DNA of 64,000 nucleotides from an uncultured Gammaproteobacteria bacterium (GTDB taxonomy: Bacteria; Patescibacteriota; Patescibacteriia; Patescibacteriales; UBA12465), in the NCBI GenBank assembly GCA_964639785.1, contig CAZXEE010000001.1, positions 243,832 to 307,831 of the forward strand, in the 5' to 3' direction. Position 1 is the stretch's first letter, and every line of letters begins with the position of its first letter. Below are positions 33,266 through 42,141 of this stretch, in pieces. Position numbers and translations under genes: made by a program. The notes beneath the pieces are model-generated. The model had not been told where the DNA came from and did no database searches. It saw nothing but the letters and a program-made list of their open reading frames with translations.

Positions 33266-33673
33266 TTATTGTTTGTTCATCTCTTCCAAGAGGGCGGTGA
33301 ATTCCGGCAGCTTGGATCTGTTTTCGTTTGGGATAATATCTTCGAGCTTCATCTCGATACTGGCTGTCGCATCTTGGAGCAGGTTCTTGCCGGCTGAGGT
33401 AATTGTGGCATATCGGGCTCGGGCATCGGATTCATCCAGGTCCCGTTCGATGATACCTAGTTTCTCTAAAGGCAAGAGCATGCGGGTGATGCCGGAAGCG
33501 GTTAGTCCCATTTTCTCGGCCAGGTCGATACGGCGCAGTTTCTGGTTTGGAGCTTCATTAAGATATGACAGAATCATGAAGTCGGTAAAGTCCAGGCCGT
33601 GGACGCTGAGACGGCGAGCTAGGATGGCGTTAGTTTTGATGAGTGAAAAAAGGAAGGGAATGGTGTTTTTCAT
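33266..33673 (-). CDS. MarR family transcriptional regulator (135 aa from ATG 33673)
   Basis: ..LDFTDFMILSYLNEAPNQKLRRIDLAEKMGLTASGITRMLLPLEKLGIIERD.. is a winged-HTH MarR pattern. Confidence 0.8.
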   Translation of the reverse strand: MKNTIPFLFSLIKTNAILARRLSVHGLDFTDFMILSYLNEAPNQKLRRIDLAEKMGLTASGITRMLLPLEKLGIIERDLDESDARARYATITSAGKNLLQDATASIEMKLEDIIPNENRSKLPEFTALLEEMNKQ

Positions 33674-33694
33674 AGGTTTTGGTTGATTTATTAA

Positions 33695-33738
33695 TTGATA
33701 TATCAAGTATATAGCTATGTTATTGATATGTCAAGTAT
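33695..33738. promoter_or_regulatory. Two direct copies of a palindromic 16-mer, candidate MarR operators
   Basis: TTGATATATCAAGTAT (33695-33710; the core TTGATATATCAA is a perfect palindrome) and TTGATATGTCAAGTAT (33723-33738), in the divergent intergenic region. Confidence 0.5.
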
Positions 33739-33830
33739 TTGATGAAATGGGAAAAATTCCTTTATTGTGTTAATATGTGGAATGCAGTGATTAGTTAAGA
33801 ATATAAAAATAATCAATTTAATTATTCAAT

Positions 33831-34457
33831 ATGAAAAATAAGATTCAAATATTGCATATCCATGGCGGGGGAACTTTCAAGAGTCGGGCTGATTATTTGT
33901 CATTCTTGCGCGAAGCGCCGGTATCGATAGAGAAGAAGGTTCGTTGGAGCGGCGAGTGGTTGGAAAAGAAATTAGGTCCTGATTTTGAAATTATCAAACC
34001 CTCAATGCCTTTGAAAGAAAATGCTCGCTATTCTGATTGGAAAATCTATTTCGAAAGATTTTTTCCTTACTTGCATAGCAATATTATCCTAATTGGCAAT
34101 TCTTTGGGCGGGATATTTTTGGCTAAGTATCTGTCGGAGAATAAATTTCCTAAGAAGATATTATCTGTTTACTTAGTCTGTCCGCCTTTTGATGGCAGCC
34201 TGTCCGATGAAGCCTTGGTCGGAGGTTTCAAGTTGGGGTCGGATCTGTCATTGATCGAAAAGAATTGTCGGAATGTTAATCTGTTGTTTTCCCAGAATGA
34301 TGATGTCGTGCCAGTCGCTCATGCCGAGAAATATGCTCGGAAACTGAAGAATTCTAATATCCTGGTTTTTCCGCATATCAAGGGCCATTTCAAGGTAGCT
34401 GAGTTCCCGGAGATAGTAAAAATGATCAAGGATGATGTCAAAAAGCTAAGAAAATAG
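33831..34457 (+). CDS. Alpha/beta-fold serine hydrolase (YdeN/RBBP9-like)
   Basis: ILHIHGGG.., nucleophile elbow GNSLGG, and late ..D..H residues. 208 aa. Confidence 0.55.
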   Translation: MKNKIQILHIHGGGTFKSRADYLSFLREAPVSIEKKVRWSGEWLEKKLGPDFEIIKPSMPLKENARYSDWKIYFERFFPYLHSNIILIGNSLGGIFLAKYLSENKFPKKILSVYLVCPPFDGSLSDEALVGGFKLGSDLSLIEKNCRNVNLLFSQNDDVVPVAHAEKYARKLKNSNILVFPHIKGHFKVAEFPEIVKMIKDDVKKLRK

Positions 34458-34472
34458 GGTAATTTTAAGCAC

Positions 34473-34501
34473 TTGACTTAGTTTTAGGTTTGTTGTACCA
34501 T
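34473..34501 (+). promoter_or_regulatory. Sigma70-type promoter of an ORF-less unit
   Basis: TTGACT-N17-TACCAT. Confidence 0.4.
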
Positions 34502-34507
34502 TTGGTT

Positions 34508-34655
34508 TATGAATTTGGTTCTTTCTGAAGAATATAAAGATTGTAGGATTGATAGCTAGTACTGATGGTCTGGGTGCGGCCATACAGTCGTAAGAGGATG
34601 AAGCGAAAGTCCGCTAGTGATACAATCCGCCTCCCTGGAAACAGGGAGGTTTTTT
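34508..34655 (+). ncRNA. Candidate structured small RNA (~150 nt), class unknown
   Basis: Closing helix GGATTG..CAATCC extended by ATAGCTAG/CTAGTGAT. Inner hairpin ACTG-ATGGTC-tgggtgc-GGCCAT-a-CAGT. Strong terminator CCTCCCTG-gaaa-CAGGGAGG plus TTTTTT. About 130 nt of AT-rich DNA separates it from the next ATG. Confidence 0.4.
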
Positions 34656-34783
34656 ATTTTTTAAAGGAATTGAATAATAATATTTAGCATAATTTTTGAA
34701 ATAATATCTTCGGTTGTTGGTTATTTTTCATTAAAATGCTATAATATAATCTGAACCCAAGATAATAATTAAATCCAGTTTAT

Positions 34784-34987
34784 ATGAAAAAAAATGAGAG
34801 CTTGATAGACCGTTTTGCCCGGATCGTCATCGCTTTGCTGGTGATGTTCGTGGCTTATGTGATGTTGACCGGTTTCTGGCAGTGGGTAGCTTATGCCTTT
34901 TCCGCTTTCCTGGCTATCAGCGCCGGTACCGGAGTCTGTCTGATTTATAAATTGCTCGGTATCAACACCAACAAATTAGATTATTAA
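34784..34987 (+). CDS. DUF2892 (YgaP-TM-like) small membrane protein
   Basis: ..IDRFARIVIALLVMFVAY...LAISAGTGVCLIYKLLGINT fits the DUF2892 pattern. Confidence 0.6.
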   Translation: MKKNESLIDRFARIVIALLVMFVAYVMLTGFWQWVAYAFSAFLAISAGTGVCLIYKLLGINTNKLDY

Positions 34988-35002
34988 TCTGAAACTTCTA
35001 TT

Positions 35003-35033
35003 AAAAAACCCTATTCTGAGAATAGGGTTTTTT
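35003..35033. terminator. Bidirectional terminator
   Basis: AAAAAACCCTATTC-tgag-AATAGGGTTTTTT. Confidence 0.8.
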
Positions 35034-35043
35034 ATTTATTCGA

Positions 35044-36792
35044 TTAAGCATTCAATATCAGCCACTCATCTTCTTTTTCTTTGATAGCCATTTTGGTTTC
35101 TTCCAGTTCTTTAACCTTGATAGGGTCATAGCTGCTGGGATTCTTAAGGAAGAAATCAATCAGTTTCTTTTCTTTGTTTTTTAATTTTTCCAGATCTCTT
35201 TCCAGGCTTTTAGTCATCTTCTGGTTTTCTTTTTTTTCTAAGTATCTGTTCCTGGCCTCTTCGTTCTTATTATTATTGGAATTACTCTCGGCTATTTCTC
35301 GCTCCAATTGTTTTTCTAATCTGTCGACATATTCTTCATAGCTTTCCATCAGCTGCTTGGCCTGTCCGTTCTTGATTTCCACCAATCCGGTAGCCAGCAG
35401 ATTGGTAAAGGTTCGGTCATGGCTGGTGAAGATGATGGTGCCGTTCCATCTTTGTAAAGCTGAGCCGAGAGCTTCAGTGGTTTCAAAGTCGAGGTGGCAG
35501 GTCGGTTCATCCAAAATGAAGATATCCGGTTTGGATAATAGCAGTCCGGCGAGAAGCAGGCGGGATTTTTCGCCGCCGGATAGGACGCCGATCGGTTTCT
35601 TCAGCTCTTCATCTTTGAAAAGGAAATCTCCAGCCATCTTCAAGACTGATTCGGTCTTGATTTCGGCGGCAGCTGAGCGCCTAAGGTAGGTTCCGACCTG
35701 TTCCTTGTCGTTTAAGGTAATGATAGCTTCTTGGCCGTGATAGGCGATGCGGCTATCAGTTGAGAGCCGGAAAGAGCCGGAAACGACCGGTAAAGATCCG
35801 ATTATCGTCCGGATAAAGGTAGTTTTGCCTTGGCCGTTTAAACCGAGGATAGATATCTTTTCGCTGGATCGGCAATCGATATTGATGTCTGAAACTATGG
35901 CTTGGCCGTCATAGCCGATAGCCAGGTCGTTCGTCCGCAGGGCGATATTGTGGCGCTTGATGGTTGGCGGGATATTGATCCGGGTGATACCGGCGCGATG
36001 TTCGATAGTGATCCGTTTGTTTTCCATTTTGCTGATCTTCTTGATGACTGCCTGCGCTTGCTTGGCTTTAGTAGCCTTGAATCGGAAGCGATCAACGAAC
36101 TCCTGCATATGTTTCTGTTGGCGGTCCAGGCTTTCATTGGCTTTGATCAGGGCAGCCAGCTTTTGTTCCTTGAAAGCGAGATAGGCTTCAATGTTGCCGG
36201 AATAGTGGTAGCAGCCGGTGGCGGATATGTCTAGAGTTTCATGACAGGTCCGTTTGAGGAATTCTCGGTCATGGGAGATGATGAGGAAGCTGCCTTTATA
36301 TGACTTCAGATAGTTTTCTAGTAATAATAAAGTGTTCAAGTCCAGATAGTTAGTTGGTTCATCGAGCAGGAAGAGGTTCGGTTCGTTTAAGAGCATGGCC
36401 GTCAGTTTCAAGCGCATGCGCCAGCCACCGGAAAGATTATCAGCTGGTCCGTTCAATTTGTCTTCGCCTAATTGGAACTTGGAGGCCAGTTTCTTGATAG
36501 TCCATTCTTCGCGCCCGCTGATCCGCTTGAGATAGTCTAGGGCGCTTTCTGAAATTTCGAATCTTTCCTCTTGTTTCAAGTAGCCGATCCGAGCTTCGCT
36601 CCCGATCATAATCTGTCCGTTATCGGCTGTTTCTTCGTTAGTGAGGATACGGAAGAGGGTGGATTTTCCGGCGCCGTTCTTGCCGATGACTCCGATCTTC
36701 TGGCGGGTGGAGACGGTAAAAGTGAGGCCGGAAAATATTTTCTGGCCGCTATAGCTTTTACTCAGATTGTTGACTTGGAGTAATATAGACAT
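35044..36792 (-). CDS. ABC-F family ATPase (two ABC domains, no TM; 582 aa from ATG 36792)
   Basis: Walker A GKNGAGKST and GLNGQGKTT. Signatures LSGGWRMRL and LSGGEKSRL. Coiled-coil C-terminal tail. Confidence 0.85.
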   Translation of the reverse strand: MSILLQVNNLSKSYSGQKIFSGLTFTVSTRQKIGVIGKNGAGKSTLFRILTNEETADNGQIMIGSEARIGYLKQEERFEISESALDYLKRISGREEWTIKKLASKFQLGEDKLNGPADNLSGGWRMRLKLTAMLLNEPNLFLLDEPTNYLDLNTLLLLENYLKSYKGSFLIISHDREFLKRTCHETLDISATGCYHYSGNIEAYLAFKEQKLAALIKANESLDRQQKHMQEFVDRFRFKATKAKQAQAVIKKISKMENKRITIEHRAGITRINIPPTIKRHNIALRTNDLAIGYDGQAIVSDINIDCRSSEKISILGLNGQGKTTFIRTIIGSLPVVSGSFRLSTDSRIAYHGQEAIITLNDKEQVGTYLRRSAAAEIKTESVLKMAGDFLFKDEELKKPIGVLSGGEKSRLLLAGLLLSKPDIFILDEPTCHLDFETTEALGSALQRWNGTIIFTSHDRTFTNLLATGLVEIKNGQAKQLMESYEEYVDRLEKQLEREIAESNSNNNKNEEARNRYLEKKENQKMTKSLERDLEKLKNKEKKLIDFFLKNPSSYDPIKVKELEETKMAIKEKEDEWLILNA

Positions 36793-36867
36793 AGTCGATA
36801 CTATTAATTTAAGCGTAATAACGGATATTTTGCAAATAGTGCCGCTTTTTACTATACTGATAGGACT

Positions 36868-38166
36868 ATGAAACAAAAGGATGCCTTAGCGATACTTGAA
36901 GCAGGCCATAATGTCCTCTTGACCGGTCCAGCCGGCAGCGGCAAGACTTTTTTGTTGAACAAATATATCGCTTATCTGAAGAAAAAGGGCATCGGAGTGG
37001 CTGTTACCGCCTCAACCGGCATTGCGGCGACGCATATCGGCGGCCGGACTATCCACTCTTGGGCCGGAATCGGGATCAAGGATCATCTGACTCCGCGCGA
37101 TATCCAGAGTTTGACTAAGAGATCATATCTCAAGAAACAATTTGCGCAGACGGAGGTGTTGGTGATCGATGAAGTTTCCATGCTCCACGCCCATCGCTTG
37201 GATATGGTTGATAGGGTTTGCCAGGCTTTTAAGAAGAATTTTCTGCCTTTCGGTGGCATCCAGGTAGTGATGTCCGGAGATTTTTTCCAATTGCCACCGG
37301 TGTCTTCTGGGGGAGATGAAGCAGAGTTTGTCTACAAAGCAGATGTCTGGTCTGAGATGGATTTGCGGATTTGCTATCTGGATGAACAGCATCGTCAGAA
37401 CGATCAGAAGATGACTAAGATCTTGCAGAGTTTTCGGCAGAATGCGGTCGATGAAGAAGTGGTCCGGATGCTTGAAGCCAGGATTAACCAGAAGCCGAAA
37501 AGCAGTTTGCGCCCAGTCCGTCTCTTTACCCATAATATCGATGTCGATGCGATCAATGAGGCTGAGCTGGCCAAGATTGCAGCGCCGGAGTTTAGCTATC
37601 GGATGTCAGGCGATGGAGAAAAGAAATTAGTGGAATCTCTCAAGAAGAATTGCTTGGCGCCGGAAACCTTGATTTTGAAGAAGGGCGCTTTAGTGATGTT
37701 CGTCAAGAACAAGTTCAAAGATGAGCGGGCAGTCTATGTTAACGGCAGTATGGGAATAGTGGTCGGTTTCGATGAGAATGATTTTCCCATCGTCCGTCTC
37801 AATTCCGGCCAAGAGGTTCTGGTGACACCGGATAGCTGGACTATTGATGACGAGCATCAGATACTAGCCAAGATTACCCAGCTTCCGCTCCGGCTGGCTT
37901 GGGCTATTACGGTTCATAAGAGCCAGGGAATGACCCTGGAGATGGCTGAAATCGACCTGAGCCGCTCTTTCGGCTATGGTATGGGTTATGTGGCCTTGTC
38001 TCGTCTAACTAGCCTAGAGGGGCTGTATTTGCTGGGAATCAATCAGATGGCCTATCAGCTTGATCCTCAGGTTTTCGCTTATGACAAGGAGCTTTTGGCC
38101 TTGTCGCGGCAAGCCAAGGCCGATATCCCATCAAAAGTGCGGAAGAAACAAGGAGTCCTGGTTTAA
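36868..38166 (+). CDS. PIF1/RecD-like superfamily 1 DNA helicase
   Basis: Walker A GPAGSGKTF, VLVIDEVSML, GDFFQLPPV and AITVHKSQGMT motifs. Confidence 0.75.
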   Translation: MKQKDALAILEAGHNVLLTGPAGSGKTFLLNKYIAYLKKKGIGVAVTASTGIAATHIGGRTIHSWAGIGIKDHLTPRDIQSLTKRSYLKKQFAQTEVLVIDEVSMLHAHRLDMVDRVCQAFKKNFLPFGGIQVVMSGDFFQLPPVSSGGDEAEFVYKADVWSEMDLRICYLDEQHRQNDQKMTKILQSFRQNAVDEEVVRMLEARINQKPKSSLRPVRLFTHNIDVDAINEAELAKIAAPEFSYRMSGDGEKKLVESLKKNCLAPETLILKKGALVMFVKNKFKDERAVYVNGSMGIVVGFDENDFPIVRLNSGQEVLVTPDSWTIDDEHQILAKITQLPLRLAWAITVHKSQGMTLEMAEIDLSRSFGYGMGYVALSRLTSLEGLYLLGINQMAYQLDPQVFAYDKELLALSRQAKADIPSKVRKKQGVLV

Positions 38167-38254
38167 TTGGGGAGGGGTGAAAGAAAATTGCCAATATCCG
38201 GCAATTTTTAGTTTTTGCTGGGATGTGATAAAATAAGAAGGTAATTTAAATACT

Positions 38255-39175
38255 ATGTCTGAAATTCTTTTAGAGGCGCTTTTAGATAGTGTCAAGATGA
38301 TTCCGTTTCTGCTCATCGTTTATATCGGTATCGAATTAATTGAATATAAGTTCAGTAATCGGATCAGGGAGGGCGTCCAGAGGGCCGGTTCGGCCGGACC
38401 CTTGGTTGGAGCTTTGGCTGGCACCTTGCCTCAATGCGGTTTTTCCGTCGTGGCAACTGCTTTGTATACCCAGAGACTGGCAACGATCGGAACTCTGATG
38501 GCTGTCTATATCGCGACTTCCGATGAGGCTATCCCTATTATCTTGTCCCAGCCGGACAAGATCGGAGTCATCTGGCCTTTGCTTTTAATTAATTTTATCG
38601 TAGCGGTTATTTTCGGTTATCTGTTGGATTTGATATTCAGGAAAAGGAATCGGAAGATCTTGTCTCATGCCGAAGCCTATAGCCATGGCCATGATGAAAA
38701 GGGGCATGACCATCATTCAATATTGGATGAAACCGCTTGCTGTGGCCATAGTGCCAGTTGCTCCGCCAAAAAATTCAATGTCGAGGAAATATTCTTGCAT
38801 CCGATAATCCATACCGCCAAGATTTTCGTTTTTATCTTTATCATTTCTTTTTTGATCAATCTGGTTTTTTTCAAATTGAATGATGAAGCTCTGACTAGTA
38901 TCTTTCTGCATAATAGTTTTTGGCAACCGTTTATAGCCGCCTTGTTCGGATTGATCCCTAATTGTGCCGCTTCGGTGGGGATCACGGAATTATATCTCCG
39001 GGGAGTGATCTCTTTCGGTTCGGTCATTGCCGGCTTATGCGCTAGCGGCGGCTTGGGTATCTTGATCCTGTTCCGAGAAGAAAAGGACAAGAGGCAGGTT
39101 TTCCAAATAATCGGTTTGCTTTTTGGGATCAGTGTCATTTCCGGATTATTGATCCAATATTTCTTTAAATTCTAA
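38255..39175 (+). CDS. Putative 10-TM heavy-metal permease (ArsP_2-like) with a His/Cys-rich loop
   Basis: ..GTLPQCGFSVVATALY.. and ..LIPNCAASVGITELY.. pseudo-repeat. Central loop HAEAYSHGHDEKGHDHHSILDETACCGHSASC. Confidence 0.5.
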   Translation: MSEILLEALLDSVKMIPFLLIVYIGIELIEYKFSNRIREGVQRAGSAGPLVGALAGTLPQCGFSVVATALYTQRLATIGTLMAVYIATSDEAIPIILSQPDKIGVIWPLLLINFIVAVIFGYLLDLIFRKRNRKILSHAEAYSHGHDEKGHDHHSILDETACCGHSASCSAKKFNVEEIFLHPIIHTAKIFVFIFIISFLINLVFFKLNDEALTSIFLHNSFWQPFIAALFGLIPNCAASVGITELYLRGVISFGSVIAGLCASGGLGILILFREEKDKRQVFQIIGLLFGISVISGLLIQYFFKF

Positions 39176-39186
39176 TATTTACTCTT

Positions 39187-40107
39187 ATGATTAACATTTT
39201 CCATCGCACTATCAAAGAAGAGAAATTGGTCCGTTTGGACCGTTTCAAGGTAGCTTCTTGGGTTAATTTATGTGAGCCGACAGAGGCCGAGATGGATGAG
39301 GTGGTGGAGATGTTGGGAGTTGATCGGAGCTTGATTACTGATTCTCTGGATATCAATGAGATGCCTCGTTTGGAAATGGAAAAGAAGGTCGCTTATATCT
39401 ATGTCCGCGTTCCGGAGAAGGTTAATGGCAATATTATTACTGTTCCATTATTAATTGCTGTCGGCCAGGATTTCGTCTTGACGGTATCCAGCCGGAAATG
39501 CAGCCTGCTTAATGATTTTATCTCCGGCAAAGTTAATTTTTATACCACTCAGAAGACAAAGTTCTTCTTGCAACTCTTCTTTGCTATCAATGAGAAATAC
39601 AACAACCTGCTGATCGATATGAACAAGCGGCTTCGGAACATCAAGGTCCGCTTGGAGCGCGTGGATGCCAAGGACTTGGTCCAATTCGTGGATTTCGAGC
39701 AGGTCTTGAATGATTTCTTGTCGGCCCTGGTTCCGACTGATTCCATCCTGCAGAAGATTTTGACCGGCCGTTATATCGAGCTATATGAGAAAGACAAGGA
39801 TTTGATTGAAGATATTTCTTTGGGTAATACCCAGCTGATTGAAGTCAGTAAGTCGTCTTTGCGCTATGCGGTTAACATCCGGGACACTTATTCCAATATC
39901 GCCACTCATGATTTGAATCGGATCATGAAGATCTTAACCGTGCTGACTATTTTACTCACTATCCCAAATGTTATTTTTGGTTTCTTCGGAATGAACGTGT
40001 TGATCCCCGGAATGGACTTGTCTCATTCTTATCTCTGGATTATCGGTTCGACTGTCGTGTTATTAGTTACACTTTTGTTCGTGTTTATAAAAAACAAGTG
40101 GCTCTAA
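39187..40107 (+). CDS. corA: CorA family Mg2+/Co2+ transporter
   Basis: C-terminal two TM helices with the FGFFGMNV (GMN) signature. Confidence 0.85.
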   Translation: MINIFHRTIKEEKLVRLDRFKVASWVNLCEPTEAEMDEVVEMLGVDRSLITDSLDINEMPRLEMEKKVAYIYVRVPEKVNGNIITVPLLIAVGQDFVLTVSSRKCSLLNDFISGKVNFYTTQKTKFFLQLFFAINEKYNNLLIDMNKRLRNIKVRLERVDAKDLVQFVDFEQVLNDFLSALVPTDSILQKILTGRYIELYEKDKDLIEDISLGNTQLIEVSKSSLRYAVNIRDTYSNIATHDLNRIMKILTVLTILLTIPNVIFGFFGMNVLIPGMDLSHSYLWIIGSTVVLLVTLLFVFIKNKWL

Positions 40108-40111
40108 ATAT

Positions 40112-40333
40112 ATGGCTAACGACCCTTTGCATGGTATTACCCTCAAGCAGATGATGACCGACCTGGTAGAATGGTGCGGTTGGGAAGACTTGGCGCGGCG
40201 GATAAGGATTAATTGTTTCGCTAATGACCCGAGTCTCAACTCCAGCCTGAAGTTCTTGCGGCGTACTCCTTGGGCCAGGGAAAAAGTGGAACGTCTGTAT
40301 CTGGAAATGTCTAAGCGCCATCGATTAGAATAA
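40112..40333 (+). CDS. VF530/DUF2132 family small DNA-binding protein
   Basis: DPLHGITLKQMMTDLVEWCGWEDL...NSSLKFLRRTPWAREKVERLYL matches the family pattern. Confidence 0.7.
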   Translation: MANDPLHGITLKQMMTDLVEWCGWEDLARRIRINCFANDPSLNSSLKFLRRTPWAREKVERLYLEMSKRHRLE

Positions 40334-40347
40334 TAATATCTAAAGAT

Positions 40348-40932
40348 ATGAATTACACTATCAAGATTCAAAAAGCTATCAAGTTTGCGGCTAAAACCCA
40401 CGATCTGTACCAAAAGCAGACGCGGAAAGGCAAAAATATCGCTTATATCACCCATCCTTTGACGGTTGGGATCATCTTGTCTTTGGCCGGTGCTTCAGAA
40501 GATGTCATCGTGGCCGGAATCTTGCATGACACCGTAGAGGACAGTATTGAAGAGAAAAAGGTGACAGCTGAAATGCTGACTGAAAGATTCGGTGCTGAAG
40601 TGGCTGAGATAGTGCTTAGTGTAACGGAAAGCGACAAAGCCTTGTCTTGGGATGAAAGAAAATTGGAAGCCTTGGATCGAATCTGCGGCTATTCCCATGA
40701 TTCTCTATTAGTGAAATCAGCGGATATCATCAGTAATATGTCCGAGACCCTGGATGATTATCTGCGCTATGGCGATGAAGTTTTCTCCAGATTTAGCGTA
40801 TCCAAAGAAAAAGTCATTGCTCATCAATTGAAAGCGATTAATGCCATCGCTATCTGTTGGAAAAAAAATCCTCTAGCGCCGGATTTATACCGGATTGCTA
40901 AAGGATTGGAAAGCTTATCTAAAATCGTCTAA
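40348..40932 (+). CDS. HD-domain (p)ppGpp hydrolase-like protein (small alarmone hydrolase type)
   Basis: ..YITHPLTVGIIL...VAGILHDTVEDS.. is a RelA/SpoT-type HD motif. 194 aa with no synthetase domain. Confidence 0.7.
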   Translation: MNYTIKIQKAIKFAAKTHDLYQKQTRKGKNIAYITHPLTVGIILSLAGASEDVIVAGILHDTVEDSIEEKKVTAEMLTERFGAEVAEIVLSVTESDKALSWDERKLEALDRICGYSHDSLLVKSADIISNMSETLDDYLRYGDEVFSRFSVSKEKVIAHQLKAINAIAICWKKNPLAPDLYRIAKGLESLSKIV

Positions 40933-40935
40933 GCG

Positions 40936-41436
40936 TTATTCAATCTTCACTATCTTATATCTCACTACCCGATCGGCCAGCTCGACTTCAGCTGAGTCGC
41001 CGATTCTTTTTCCGATCAGGGCTTGGCCCAAAGGAGAATTATGGGAAATGATCCCGGCTCCGGGGTTAGTTTCTTTTGATCCTAGGATCTGGTATCTTTT
41101 TAATTTTCCGTTTATCTCAACGATGACCGAATGGCCTAATTGGACCGAGTCTTTTTTGTCCGATGGTTCGATGATTTCAGCTCTTTTTAACAGGTCTTCG
41201 ATTTCCAGGATTCGATAATTGATGCCACGCAAACGGCTTTTGGCTAATTGGTATCCGGCATTTTCTGAAAAGTCGCCCATTAGAGCCAATCTTTTGACTT
41301 CTTCTCCGGCTCGCGGCCGGCTGACCTTAGTCAATCTTTCCAATTTTTCCTTGAGTTCCAAATACTTGGCCGCAGTGATGTGCGGATCGGATTTAGTGCG
41401 GGGTAGTTTGTCGGCTCTTCTGGTTGGTACTTGCAT
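40936..41436 (-). CDS. greA: Transcription elongation factor GreA
   Basis: Coiled-coil N-terminus with ..GDFSENAGYQLAK... C-terminal ..GIISHNSPLGQALIGKRIGD... Confidence 0.85.
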   Translation of the reverse strand: MQVPTRRADKLPRTKSDPHITAAKYLELKEKLERLTKVSRPRAGEEVKRLALMGDFSENAGYQLAKSRLRGINYRILEIEDLLKRAEIIEPSDKKDSVQLGHSVIVEINGKLKRYQILGSKETNPGAGIISHNSPLGQALIGKRIGDSAEVELADRVVRYKIVKIE

Positions 41437-41547
41437 AGTTTTAGTGTTTATCCCTTCTATTATACCATATAAAATTTCTCTCTCAAAAACTGGCTAATCT
41501 GGGCCGGTATTGCTATAATATAAGTAAGATAATTAAGCTATACCAAT

Positions 41548-42093
41548 ATGAAAAAACTTCTTTTTGGTTCCTTGCTGCTTTCGCTCTTGGTCCTTTCCGG
41601 TTGCGGCCAGAAGCCGATTATTAACATTCCAAGCGTTGAGCCGATTCCTAACATCCCGTTGGCTACTTCGACTTCGAATGAACCGGTTCCTCTGGATCTG
41701 GTTTCTCCGGACGGATCAATCCTGGCAACCACTACCGATTCCTGCCAGGAAAATAGAGGAACTTGGCTGAAAGAATACCGGGAATGTGAGAACATCGGTT
41801 CGGATTGGTGCTTGCGCCATGGTGGCGTTTTCAATGAATGTGGTTCAGCTTGCCGTCATCAGCCCCAGGCTACTGTCTGCACCTTGCAATGCGTGCCATT
41901 CTGCAGTTTGGCGGAGGTTAAATCAGAACCGCAAACCTTGCTCAATATCGGTGAAGTTAAACCTGACGGTGAATGCGCCCCTTGTCCGCAATATGCCGCT
42001 CCGAAACCGGGATGGTGCCGAGATGGAATAATTATCCAGCCAGAGAAGGATAGTTGCGGTTGCGTTGGCCGACCGGTCTGCCGGACGAAATAA
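41548..42093 (+). CDS. Cysteine-rich lipoprotein (181 aa)
   Basis: Lipobox LLVLSGC. 14 further Cys in the mature part. Confidence 0.6.
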   Translation: MKKLLFGSLLLSLLVLSGCGQKPIINIPSVEPIPNIPLATSTSNEPVPLDLVSPDGSILATTTDSCQENRGTWLKEYRECENIGSDWCLRHGGVFNECGSACRHQPQATVCTLQCVPFCSLAEVKSEPQTLLNIGEVKPDGECAPCPQYAAPKPGWCRDGIIIQPEKDSCGCVGRPVCRTK

Positions 42094-42107
42094 TAATATT
42101 TGGAAAT

Positions 42108-42141
42108 AAAAAAAGACCCGATCTCCTCGGGCCTTTTTTTA
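42108..42141. terminator. Bidirectional terminator
   Basis: AGACCCGA-tctcc-TCGGGCCT flanked by an A-run and a T-run. Confidence 0.7.

Noticed and set aside
33252-33686. 144-aa plus-strand ORF covering the MarR gene
   Set aside because: It is antisense to a clear MarR winged-HTH protein. The translation is Ser/Arg-rich junk, and the terminator at 33223-33253 lies immediately upstream of it.
34596-34612. RNase P CR-I-like string GAAGCGAAAGTCCGC (and GGTGAAGTCGGGAC at 56009-56022)
   Set aside because: The match is short and imperfect, the surrounding RNA is too small, and the other universally conserved RNase P elements (such as ACAGAA..CGGCTTA) are absent.
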